59,160 bases of DNA from Macrostomum lignano (GCA_002269645.1 NIVC01003108.1:1-59160), one strand, 5' to 3'; shown: positions 1 to 9,525, counted from the stretch's first letter. The notes: generated by a model not told the origin, from the sequence alone. Numbers and translations are program-made.

Positions 1-900
1 ATGGAGCTCACGTTATCGAAGGTAGAGTTGAATTTTCCTTTCCAGGCCAGGCGGCTGTCTCGCCAGTACTGTAGTGAAAGTGCAAATTAAATGAATCGAT
101 AGCTCATGGCTGCACGTGAGTATGATGCAATAAAACTCGATATGTCAATGTCTCTGCGGCAGCACTGAACTTATGAGTCACGTACAGGGGGGGCCGTAGC
201 CCAGCGGTAGCGCAGCTGCTCTGGTGTGCCGCGACCCAGGCTCGATTCCAAGTGCAGCCACATTAATTTGGGGCTGGATTGGAATCTTGGCTTGGCTCGC
301 TTGTGCAATTAACGGCCTTGAGAGCCAACCCCCCCAAGGCGCAGTGAAGTGTACATGCCTAACAATAAATAATGTTGGTGCCGCTGTACACTCCTGTGTG
401 AGTGTGTGCCTGCGTAACGTATCCGCGCGCTTGTATGCCTGCTCAGGGGAATCGGCGGAATGGGCAGTAATGCCTCTCGCCGGTTGTGTGCCTATGTCGC
501 TTAAATTGCGCCAGGGTGCACACAACCCCCTGCCTCTAATAAAAAGAATGAGTCACGTACCAAATTGAACCAGGGTTGCAGCACGATCTCCTGCGTTGCC
601 GAGTCCTTCATTGTTTGGTTAGAAATAATTTAATGCTCACGATCTGCTCGAAAATTCAACATTGTTCTCACAAAAAATCGACAAAGCCGAAGTACTCACC
701 ACATGAGCCAGGCTTTTCAAGTTGAACAAGACGGTCACCAAGTTGGCTGAGCCGTTGTCCGGTGGCGGCCGGACGTCTTTGTTGTAGTCGGAATTTAAAT
801 TCAGCGCCGTTTTCAGGGCCTCATCCGGGGACACTGAGGCAGCCGCCGCGGCACGGCAGAGCAAGAAAACTATGAAGCTTGATAGCGGAGACTGCGGCAT
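1..900 (-). CDS. Cys-loop ligand-gated ion channel (nAChR-like) copy A, 5' part; exons 700-900, 561-605, <1-68; runs off the left edge
   Basis: Signal peptide plus SPDEAL...YNKDVRPPPDNGSANLVTV; 45-nt exon DSATQEIVLQPWFNL; exon YWRDSRLAWKGKFNSTFDNVSSI; GT-AG boundaries match paralogs C and D. Confidence 0.85.
187..546 (+). mobile_element. tRNA-derived SINE-like element in intron 2 of copy A
   Basis: Head GGGGCCGTAGCCCAGCGGTAG (A box) ... GGCTCGATTCC (B box-like); body segments CGTATCCGCGCGCTTGT and GGCGGAATGGGCAGTAATGCCTCTCGCCGGTTGTG shared with the copy at 31705-32012; A-rich tail. Confidence 0.7.
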
Positions 901-2431
901 GCTAATGAGCTGGAGTCTGGACGCGGCTCAGACAGGTGGTTTGGGCTCATTATTTATCCAGCAGTTGCAGCCCCTCCATTCCCCACTTCCCCAGCCAACT
1001 TGGACATCCCCGGTAGAGTCTGCCTCGGTAATTATTTCTCTTTTAAAACCTCTAAAAGCGTTGACAGCTTGAGCTGCAGCCAATAAATTCCTGCCCGTTA
1101 ACAACCCGATAGGGGCAATTATTATTGGATGCGAAGACAAATTGAGATAATAAAATTTATAAAAAGAGTTAAGACTATTTATTGAATTTTTGACAAATAG
1201 AGTTTGCAGGTAGTTACGCTACGGAGCAGCTAAGTAGGTTTTATTACCTCTACGTTGCTCAAAGCCCATTTACGTAATTGACAAAGTAGTTACAGACCAC
1301 TAATTGCACAGAGGGTGGCTCACTCGCATTAGGTTTTGTTGTGGAGTGCGTATTAAAAATTAAAGCATTTTGATGGGGCAGCTGCAGGCCTATGGCTGCC
1401 AAAAAAAGTATGAGAAGTATGTCACCAAGGATATATTATTAGCTAAACTCAAGAAACTATTTTTAACTGTCAGACAGACACGCTACTCATAGCAGAATCT
1501 AAGCCAGCGTCAGGCCGAAAAAGATCGCGAAAAAGCAGCGGTCAGCAGTGGCCACGACAGCGCTCCAGCTGTTGACATCAGTGGCCCGGCAACGCGAAGG
1601 CTGCTCCAACTGCGAGTCGAAGTTGACGGTTCGTCGCGACGAGATGTCGCTCATTTCTTTGCTGTCAGCATCACTGACCTGTGGGACCGTGACACATTTG
1701 GTTTGGCTTCTCCTGATAAAACGGCACTAGCAGTAAACGAACACTTACTCCGATGGAGCTTCGTTGCGCAACACTGTTAAAATTTTTACTTCTGGACGGC
1801 TCTCGACAAAATCGGCGCCCGCAGACGAATCTATTGAGAAACAGCAGCCGAGTCAGACGATTGGGGACTCGAGCATGCTCAGAAAACTGCTCAAAGTGGC
1901 AACTCAGAACGAAGGCGTTAGCAACCAGATTAGCCATGGTCAGAAGTACCGCGATGCTGAAGTACCAGCCTGCAGAATTTCACAGGAGCAGGTCCTTATT
2001 CAACAGACACTATTTTTAATCTCAATAAAATAAAAGAGTCCGGCCGCGACACTCACTGAGCAGCGGTACAGAATCTCCTTGAGTTGGTATGTAATTGTCA
2101 GTGAGCTGCAGGAACACGCACATCGACAGCACGATGGTGACGCTCAGTGACATTCTCTCGCCGCATTCCGGCGGCAATCGGAATACCAAAGAGGAGATGG
2201 CGAGCAGCATGAGGTTCACGACAGAATGCTGTCCTTCGCTGCAGTTTGAAATGCATGACAAACTTGTATTGCCTATCAGCATAGAATACAAAGTGAAAAG
2301 AACCTGAGCACCAAACCTACATAGCAACTCGGAGCTCCACATATTCGTATTGCACATCTACTGACTTGGCTGTGCTGACGTTGACAATGCAGAAATCACT
2401 GTTCCTATCCAGGTAGGTTGTCAGCGAGTCC

Positions 2432-2754
2432 AGTAGTATATACGATACAAAATAGCCAGCAAACCGTTCTCACCATTGCAAACAATTTAACCCTTTATCA
2501 GTGTGAAATGACTTGTTTTCCCTTCATTTTCGCTCGTCTTCACTTCGCTCAACTCGCTTCGCTCATCCTCGCTTCATTTCGGTCAAACAAGTCATTTCAC
2601 ACTTACAACGATTAATTCTCTTTGAATGGTGAGAACACGCTCTCGTCGAACGCTTTGGTTTGCTGGCTATTTTGTATCGTCAACGCTTCCAACTCTCCCC
2701 AATACACACAAACTCTCTATAACCCGTCGCACGCGCCGCAGGCGCGAAGGGTCT
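2432..2754 (+). repeat. Left terminal inverted repeat (323 bp)
   Basis: Reverse complement of 19444-19766 by eye; the ORF track gives the identical peptide VVYTIQNSQQ...FHTYND from both ends. Confidence 0.97.
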
Positions 2755-2770
2755 TTTTCTGTTACTAAAA

Positions 2771-3085
2771 ATGACCCGAGTTTACACCTTTTCTGTTAGT
2801 GATACTTTTGAGACTGTTGCTAAAAATGCAGAGATAATAAAACAACATATCTTGAACGGAATAATTGATGAAGTTTATTTAAAATATGACGATAAACATG
2901 ACCTAAAACTTTATCCATTAGAGTTAGATGAGATGTATGATTTAGAACAAGAGGGAGAGTTAATATTTCAACTTGGAGATTATTTAAATTCGGATGATTG
3001 GGAGGTTAGATCAACAGATTCCGAATCAACAAATAGTTCATATGAAACCAGTGATTCTGAGAATGAAATTGAAATTTTTATGTAA
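2771..3085 (+). CDS. Viral hypothetical acidic protein, 104 aa
   Basis: ORF with TAAAAATG start context immediately inside the left TIR. Confidence 0.6.
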   Translation: MTRVYTFSVSDTFETVAKNAEIIKQHILNGIIDEVYLKYDDKHDLKLYPLELDEMYDLEQEGELIFQLGDYLNSDDWEVRSTDSESTNSSYETSDSENEIEIFM

Positions 3086-3100
3086 AAAAATATTTAAAAA

Positions 3101-3325
3101 ATGAATTATTATTCTATAACAGAAACGACGTTTATTATGAAAAATATATATAAAAAAATGAAGGTAAATTATTCCTACATCGGAAATGTGCCGGTTAATG
3201 AACTTAATCAAAATTTAAGTTTGATATCTGTTGAACAAATGTCAATAATAATCTTAGTAACAATAATAGTAATAATATTGTTTTTGTTTGTTATAAAAAA
3301 TTTACTACCCTGTTGTCTTAAGTAA
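3101..3325 (+). CDS. Viral small membrane protein, 74 aa
   Basis: C-terminal hydrophobic stretch IIILVTIIVIILFLFVI; AAAAATG start. Confidence 0.55.
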   Translation: MNYYSITETTFIMKNIYKKMKVNYSYIGNVPVNELNQNLSLISVEQMSIIILVTIIVIILFLFVIKNLLPCCLK

Positions 3326-3335
3326 CTGTTCAAAC

Positions 3336-4214
3336 TTAGTTCGCAGACATTAGCTGGTTCTCATAAAAAGAACCCAATATTTCTTCACCGTCCTTATCAG
3401 CAATTATATAGGTTGTAGGATTGGTATTTAAAACTTTACTGATAGTAAATTTCTCACTTATTTTCCAATATCCTTTTCTTCCCTTTTCAAACTTATCTTT
3501 CCATTTATAGATATAAACAGAATCACCAACCTTAAAACCTTTAGTTTTCTTTTTTTCAAATTCTCCAAAAGTAACTTTAACTTTTTCAGGATTGTTATAA
3601 GCTTGTTGAGGAGTCATCTTTATAGCCGAATGATATGAATTGTTATAATCTTTCACAACGTCTGGTAATATTTTTACCCACTTTTGATTTCCATTCAGAC
3701 TAAATTGAAACCACAATTTCTTACCTAAAGTTCGATTAAATCTTTCTATTAATGCGTTTTTACTTTCGCCGTAAATAGAATAAATTTTATTAATATACTC
3801 CCCATTCGCGTCTTTTTTCCTTTCTTGTCCTTTTTCAAAATGATATAATTTATACATATGAGGATTGTAAAATTCTTTTCCTTCATCAACACACAACCTT
3901 TCACTTTTTTCTCCAAGACTTCTAAAAGCAGCCGCAACATCCTCTCCTTTTTTGGATTTTAAAGGAACAGCCCACGCATATCGAGTAAAACCATCTAATA
4001 TGGTTAAGATATATTTATATCCTCTTTCGTTCGGCATCGACATTAAATCAGCATACCAAATTTCATTCTTTTTGAAGTTCATGATTTTTCTATAAAATTT
4101 AGGTTTTCGATATTCTTTATGAAGAATCTTTGCCTCATCAGAACTTAACCCGCCGCCACTTAATAATAAACACTCAACACAATTATTTCCATGTTGATTG
4201 TAATTAATTCCCAA
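3336..4214 (-). CDS. Retroviral-type (rve) DDE integrase of the Maverick; probably the C-terminal part of a PLA2-integrase fusion
   Basis: IWYADL (D), YILTILDGFTRYAWAVPLKSK, VDEGKEF (D), IERFNRTL (E), YNNSYHSAIKMTP, C-terminal FKVGDSV...GSFYENQL. Confidence 0.95.
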   Translation of the reverse strand: MGINYNQHGNNCVECLLLSGGGLSSDEAKILHKEYRKPKFYRKIMNFKKNEIWYADLMSMPNERGYKYILTILDGFTRYAWAVPLKSKKGEDVAAAFRSLGEKSERLCVDEGKEFYNPHMYKLYHFEKGQERKKDANGEYINKIYSIYGESKNALIERFNRTLGKKLWFQFSLNGNQKWVKILPDVVKDYNNSYHSAIKMTPQQAYNNPEKVKVTFGEFEKKKTKGFKVGDSVYIYKWKDKFEKGRKGYWKISEKFTISKVLNTNPTTYIIADKDGEEILGSFYENQLMSAN

Positions 4215-4940
4215 TCCAAATTTAACTTTAGACTGTAAGATTTTTTAACCATCCACCGAGTTAATCTTTGGCTTACCGATAACCCCTGTAAGTTATCTAA
4301 TCCTTGAATCATTTTTCTATCAGCTTCATGTTTTAATCTTAATGCTTCCTCGGGTGAGTTCTTATCAGCATCTCTGTATGCTAAGTCATGATAGTATGCT
4401 AACCAATCAATACCGTTAATGGGAATTGAATCGGCTTTTGGTGTATTATCAGGATTTAATCTCAAATCTAACCTAGTACCGGCAGTTTGCCCTAAATCTT
4501 TCGAAATAGGCTGGAGCACACCTTAAGCGGATAAATTACCGCCCACCTCCGTCTGCTCTCTGAACCTTCTCCATATCTGCCGACTTAGGAGCTTGGCTGC
4601 GCATTGCCACCGTGTCTTCAAGCTTGTTACCTTTGGGAAGAGGAGTTACCTCTGTTCCTTCAAAAGATTTCTCAATTGAAGTGGTACTTGAAGCTGTATG
4701 ACGGGTTTCGCGCAATTTGAAGGTGTCGCCACAAATAGTGACTAGCAAGGACATTGCCTTCCTCACTCAGGCCACGGGTTAACCTGCGAAGTTGTAAGAC
4801 GGGATGTGTAATTCATTTGTATACCTTCCAGTAGTAAAGATTGGTGGTAAGCTTGTTAATCCTTTTTGAACATCTAACAATCCTCCTTCAAATACTAATT
4901 GTTCGAACCTTCGGTTCGCATGCGTCGCATGATCGCTCAT
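4160..4940 (-). CDS. Parvovirus-type phospholipase A2 (PLA2X) domain gene split by a group I intron: exon 1 4782-4940, exon 2 from 4482; joins the integrase frame near 4241-4246
   Basis: Exon 1 ends ELHIPSYNFAG; exon 2 continues GTRLDLRLNPDNTPKADSIPINGIDWLAYYHDLAY...HEADRKM (HD dyad, later D); the conserved end ILQSKVKFGLG lies in the integrase frame. Confidence 0.85.
4483..4781 (-). ncRNA. Group I intron, subgroup IC1 (self-splicing ribozyme type), ~299 nt, no internal endonuclease ORF
   Basis: P1 exon CAGGU / IGS GCCUG (4772-4768) with U.G; P3 CACCUUC (4725-4719) / GGAGGUG (4550-4544); P AAAUUGCGCGAAA and Q AAUGCGCAGC forming P4; P5abc with GAAA loop; R GUUCAGAGAGCAGA and S UAAGGUGUGCUC forming P7 GAGCA/UGCUC; P8 GGGCGG/CCGCUU; P9 GAAA loop; terminal G at 4483. 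Confidence 0.92.
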
Positions 4941-5489
4941 TTTTAATAGCCTTAAAAATACATGAAAGCACCAATTGTTTTGCAAATTCTTCAATGGTTG
5001 GTTGCTTAACTTTTTTATAGTTATTATCTACGCTAGTTAAGTATCTTTTATTTCTCCAATTTTCAGACTTTTTAATCTGATCTTCGTCTTTGTAACTAAA
5101 TGAAGAAGCGGGAATGAAATGATCAATATCTAACTTTCCAGTATAATTTTTTGGAACATAATAATTTCTTGTGAAATTTAACCAATCAAAAAGAATTCTT
5201 TTGTGCAACCAAGATAGGAGATATAATGCTTGTCATGAAAAGTTCTCAATGCCCAATTTATTCTACCTCTAATTAGACTAATATTTTTGTAATTTTCATC
5301 AGTGCGATATTTATTTTTTGCATATTTATTACATTTATCTTTATTGTTTATTCTCCACATAGTACATTTAACTTTCTCACAAGATCGACAAAGATTTTTA
5401 ATTTTTTTTGTGTCATTTCTCCAACAAAAAAATTCTTTAGTCATCGGTTTCTCAATTTTACACGTAGTACAAATCTTTTTAGATTCCAT
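4888..5489 (-). CDS. HNH-type endonuclease with N-terminal CxxC-CxxC zinc module (two ORFs joined by a one-base frameshift at 5188-5192)
   Basis: KICTTCKIEKP...LCRSC; KYRTDENYK...IRGRINWAL...YLGCTKEFF then FDWLNF...LDIDHFIPASSF...NWRNKRYL...NNYK, resembling HNH proteins of large DNA viruses (from recall, not a search). Confidence 0.75.
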
Positions 5490-5516
5490 TTTATAAAAAA
5501 TAAATTTAACAATTAA

Positions 5517-6188
5517 TTAAATACCTGTATGTCCAGCAGCTTTCGCGGCAGCTAAAACAAGTTTTCTAGGAGTTTTAAATCCTTCACCAACAGCCGGCAT
5601 GTTATTTATAGAATTAACAATCCTTTTATACAAGCTGGTATTTTTAACATGGGCTACTCCTAACTCATCGTAAAAATTTTTAGCACTTACTAATTCGTCT
5701 CTAGTATATAAATCAGGGTTAAATTTTACCCTAGGGTTCGTAATAATATTAAATGCTCCACCCAATTCTCTATATAGTTCATTTCGATTTTTATCAACTC
5801 CACCAATTCGATAATTACCACCACCTAAATCTGTCACAGCAATACTACGTGGCGCATCTCTTGGAAATTCTACCCGATTACCCCGATCTGCAGCCCTAAT
5901 CTCTGCAACTCTCAATTGAGCTTGATCAACATCATAAGCAGGTGGCTCATCCAAAATTTCATCCTCTTTTGGCTCCGTATTTTTAGCAATTTTTTCCAGA
6001 AGGTCTTTATCTGTTTTTTCTAGTTCACTAATTTTCCCCGTAATAGGATTAACAAAAGGAGCAGCAAATTTTTCACCAGCTAATTGTATTCCTAACTTTC
6101 TTTTTTGTAAATTTCTAACAAAATCAGAATATCTTTGTTTCTCTTTATAAATCGCTAACTCTCCATCAACGTCCATAAATTGGCTCAT
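5517..6188 (-). CDS. Viral hypothetical protein, 223 aa
   Basis: Long ORF with AAAAATG start, divergent from MCP. Confidence 0.7.
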   Translation of the reverse strand: MSQFMDVDGELAIYKEKQRYSDFVRNLQKRKLGIQLAGEKFAAPFVNPITGKISELEKTDKDLLEKIAKNTEPKEDEILDEPPAYDVDQAQLRVAEIRAADRGNRVEFPRDAPRSIAVTDLGGGNYRIGGVDKNRNELYRELGGAFNIITNPRVKFNPDLYTRDELVSAKNFYDELGVAHVKNTSLYKRIVNSINNMPAVGEGFKTPRKLVLAAAKAAGHTGI

Positions 6189-6222
6189 TTTTTAACATAA
6201 AAAACTTTTTTAACATAAAAAA

Positions 6223-7695
6223 ATGGCTGAAACAAAAACTATATGGAGTGATAAATTTCATTTCAAAAAGCACCGTCAGTATATTAATGAGGTCAGAGCG
6301 AGAGATTTAAACTATACTCTACCAACAAGCGATAATACAAATAACTTTACTAGCGGAACGGTAGCTTTTGACATCGGCGCAACCAACACCATATTGGATA
6401 TGAAAAATGCATTTTTCCGCGTTAGATGGTTGTATACTAGAAATGATGGAACTGCTCTAGCAGCCGGAGATATCGCAGATCGATCTGGAATAATAATAGA
6501 AAATGATTGGTTTTATAAATGTTTTTCCCAAGCTCAACTAACTGTTAATGGTGCCGAGGTTGAGACATCATCAAACCCCGCAGAGATTAATGGAGTTTTG
6601 AAACATTTAAATTATACTTATTTATCAAAACAAGTTGGTGATAATGTTGGGTGGATGCCGGATAAGGGCAATGGTCAAGCAGTAGTTTTCCCTAATGTAC
6701 AAAACGCAGCTGGTGCAGATACTGCAGCTCTTATTGCTTACATTAATACAAACATAGTTCCAGTTGTAACCACCATGACTAATACAAAAGATATTAATAC
6801 TGGTTATATAGATAGACAGAATAAATTCCCAGTTGCAGTTTTAACCACGGCAACGGCATATGAGCAGGACTTTTCAATCTTTCCACTATTTGGATTCTTC
6901 TCACCAAATCGGGTATGGAAAGGATTAAAATTTGGGGTACAGTTGCAAATATCTGGTGGATATCAGCCTAGGATACTTTATGGAACCTCTATTTCAACCG
7001 ATATAGCAGTTCGCATAGCATCAATACAATTAGTCGTGCCAACTATTGAGGTAACAGCACCACTTTTAAAACATGTCGATAATCAGTTAACGCATGATCA
7101 AGAAATATTTTATTTGAATCGTAGACATTTTATGCGAACCATTAATAATAATCAAGATTCATTCCAGTGGCAAATACTGACATCAAAACGTCGGGTGAGA
7201 TATATTTTTGTTTGGTTTAAGATAACAAATAGAAGGAGTAAAAGAGCAAATGGGGATTTATATTGGCTTCAATCAGGTGATGTAGCAGCACAGGGTGCCA
7301 CTGCAACAGACAATGCGGTTGCGGCCATTAACGAGTTTAATGTTCAGAATATCCGCCTGCAGGTTGATGACCAATACTATCCGGTTAAAGATCCTCTTAA
7401 TCTAAATATTGCAAATAATGATGTTAATGATTTTATAAAATATTATCAAGATTATGCCAAAAATGAAGCGTTTGCCGTCCCTCAGTACACACCCACAGAG
7501 TTTCTAAACATTCATCCAGTAGTTGTTTATGATCTAACGGCACAGAAAGAAAATGTAGCCAATGTTGGGCTTAATTATATGTTAGAGATTAATAAAACCG
7601 GTAATCAGGCAATAGACGCCCACGCTTTGTTTCTAGAGGAATATATGTCAATTGCTAAAGCCGACGGCACCATCGTTCGGGACGCCCCGCTGTAA
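6223..7695 (+). CDS. Major capsid protein (double jelly-roll), 490 aa
   Basis: Size and position; motifs LDMKNAFFRV, FSQAQLTVNGAEVE, PRYIF-like VRYIFVWF, YP...LNL, PVVVYDLTAQ typical of Maverick MCP. Confidence 0.85.
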   Translation: MAETKTIWSDKFHFKKHRQYINEVRARDLNYTLPTSDNTNNFTSGTVAFDIGATNTILDMKNAFFRVRWLYTRNDGTALAAGDIADRSGIIIENDWFYKCFSQAQLTVNGAEVETSSNPAEINGVLKHLNYTYLSKQVGDNVGWMPDKGNGQAVVFPNVQNAAGADTAALIAYINTNIVPVVTTMTNTKDINTGYIDRQNKFPVAVLTTATAYEQDFSIFPLFGFFSPNRVWKGLKFGVQLQISGGYQPRILYGTSISTDIAVRIASIQLVVPTIEVTAPLLKHVDNQLTHDQEIFYLNRRHFMRTINNNQDSFQWQILTSKRRVRYIFVWFKITNRRSKRANGDLYWLQSGDVAAQGATATDNAVAAINEFNVQNIRLQVDDQYYPVKDPLNLNIANNDVNDFIKYYQDYAKNEAFAVPQYTPTEFLNIHPVVVYDLTAQKENVANVGLNYMLEINKTGNQAIDAHALFLEEYMSIAKADGTIVRDAPL

Positions 7696-7744
7696 GCGGT
7701 GCAGGTCTCCGACCGTCGCACCAATTTAAATTTTATCTTTAAAA

Positions 7745-8509
7745 ATGGCAAAAGCAAAACACAATAAGATATTTCCAAATGATCCTTTTCTTTGTTTAGT
7801 AATTGGTGGGTCGGGTAAAGGAAAAACACACTTTGTTTATGACCTGTTAACAACGGATGGAATGATAGACTATAATAATTTAATAATTTATACTAACAAA
7901 CCTAGAATAAAATATTATGAATTTCTTAAACATGGATTAAAAAACAAATTAAAAAAAGATGTCTTGTTTAGAATGTTAAGAGCATATGAGCAATATGAGG
8001 ATGATGACGAACCGCGATTTACACTCGATGACATTGAGGATTTATGTAAAACAATGGCACAACAACCGGAAAACATCACCGAACGAGCCCCAACCGTTAG
8101 AGTATCAACCCGATTACCCTATCATCAAATTCCAAAAAATGATAAAACACTAATTATTTTTGATGATTGTATTAACGACAGTGATCAAGAATTGCAAAAG
8201 GATATTTTTGTTAGTGGTAGAGGGGATGGAATTGGCGCTTTTTATCCAACACAGTCCTTTAGAGAATTAGAATCGATTATAAAAAAGAATGCAAGTTGTT
8301 GTGTAATGTTTGATTTAGATAATTATGATTTACAAAATATACACGCTAGATTTAATCCCGGGTTGGATATAAAACCATTTAAAAGTATGTGTAAAAAAAT
8401 TTGGGATGACAGCCAATACAAACATATATATATCAACCCTAGGTTAGAAAGGAAAAATCGAATCTTAAGAGATCTGATAAAAGAAGATAATGAGGAAGAA
8501 GAGACTTAG
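7745..8509 (+). CDS. FtsK/A32-like DNA packaging ATPase
   Basis: Walker A LVIGGSGKGKT, Walker B LIIFDDC, downstream SGRG...YPTQSF. Confidence 0.93.
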   Translation: MAKAKHNKIFPNDPFLCLVIGGSGKGKTHFVYDLLTTDGMIDYNNLIIYTNKPRIKYYEFLKHGLKNKLKKDVLFRMLRAYEQYEDDDEPRFTLDDIEDLCKTMAQQPENITERAPTVRVSTRLPYHQIPKNDKTLIIFDDCINDSDQELQKDIFVSGRGDGIGAFYPTQSFRELESIIKKNASCCVMFDLDNYDLQNIHARFNPGLDIKPFKSMCKKIWDDSQYKHIYINPRLERKNRILRDLIKEDNEEEET

Positions 8510-8557
8510 TTCGTTCCGAAGGAACGCGACCCTACGGGGCGATTTACCACTATAAAA

Positions 8558-9343
8558 ATGGCAACAAATTTAAATACTATAAAACAATTGGTAGATAGAA
8601 CTAATTCAAAATTTAGTACAACCTTACAGTTTATAATGACAACCAGTGAGCAACGGATTCAATTGCGCGATCCGTTACAACTCGATCAAAGCCTAAGTTA
8701 TCAAATAGGTTTGATATTATTTTCGGTTTTTAACATGCCTCAATTAATTAATGCAACAAATAATCAATTTAGATATTCTAAAGATTCAGGAGCCAATTGG
8801 ACAACATTTAGTGTTAGCCCGGGTGCGTATAGCTATACCGATTTGAATGCTTATATCGAAGGAGAATTAACAGCTAATGGCGATTGGGTAGCGGGCGCGA
8901 TTGTTATAGGTGTGGATTTACCGTCTGGAAGATTCACACTATCACTAGAATCCGGATATCAGGTTGATTTTACAATTGCAAATTCACTCAGAACCATACT
9001 TGGATTTAATTCCCGAATAGTTACCACATCAAGCACCGGCGATACAGTTGGAAATATTGAGGGTGGAGTCAACACAATTAATATAACAACCGACATATCA
9101 AACGGCGGTTATATAACAGACGATAACGGAGTTTTGGTTCAACGTGGAATTATATATTCAATACCATTTCTTGCTGTTCCAATTGGAGAGAAAATGATTG
9201 TTTCACCTCAAACCCCAATATATTACCCATTAAATCAATATAGTGTTCAATCAATTTATATTAGGATTGTAGATGAAAGCGATAGATTAATAAGTTTTGG
9301 TGGGCAGTCAATAACAGTGATTTTACGTATAAAACAGGTTTAG
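8558..9343 (+). CDS. Minor capsid (penton, single jelly-roll) protein
   Basis: NNQFRY, PGAYSYTDLNAYI, LGF, INITTDI...GIIYSIP, PIYYPL, IRIVDESDRLISFGG, typical of Polinton mCP. Confidence 0.85.
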   Translation: MATNLNTIKQLVDRTNSKFSTTLQFIMTTSEQRIQLRDPLQLDQSLSYQIGLILFSVFNMPQLINATNNQFRYSKDSGANWTTFSVSPGAYSYTDLNAYIEGELTANGDWVAGAIVIGVDLPSGRFTLSLESGYQVDFTIANSLRTILGFNSRIVTTSSTGDTVGNIEGGVNTINITTDISNGGYITDDNGVLVQRGIIYSIPFLAVPIGEKMIVSPQTPIYYPLNQYSVQSIYIRIVDESDRLISFGGQSITVILRIKQV

Positions 9344-9353
9344 TACTGTAAAA

Positions 9354-9524
9354 ATGGGTAACAATAGTTTAAAAAAGCAATCATATAAAGTTCAAAATGC
9401 AAAAGATAATTATGAAATCGAATTAACAAAATTAAAACAATTACAGGCAGAAAAAATCCGAAAGGAGCTGTTAAAATCCAAACCTACAAAACTAACTAAA
9501 ACCAAGAGTTTTTCAGGAACATAA
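9354..9524 (+). CDS. Small basic viral protein, 56 aa (below ORF-track cutoff)
   Basis: MGNNSLKKQSYKVQNAKDNYEIELTKLKQLQAEKIRKELLKSKPTKLTKTKSFSGT; TAAAAATG start; fills the mCP-protease gap exactly. Confidence 0.55.
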   Translation: MGNNSLKKQSYKVQNAKDNYEIELTKLKQLQAEKIRKELLKSKPTKLTKTKSFSGT

Positions 9525-9525
9525 A

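Noticed and set aside
187-262. A functional tRNA gene
   Set aside because: The cloverleaf is degenerate and continues into a body shared with another copy, so it is a SINE head
4536-4766. 76-aa ORF inside the intron as a possible homing endonuclease
   Set aside because: It overlaps the structured catalytic core (P3-P8), starts at GTG and has no LAGLIDADG, GIY-YIG, HNH or His-Cys motif
4492-4783. Spliceosomal GT-AG reading of the PLA2 insert (GTTAAC...TTTAG), which is also in frame
   Set aside because: It gives NFAGQTAGT, breaking the GPG loop, has a poor pyrimidine tract and does not explain the covarying P3/P4/P7 pairings; it cannot be fully excluded as a secondary route
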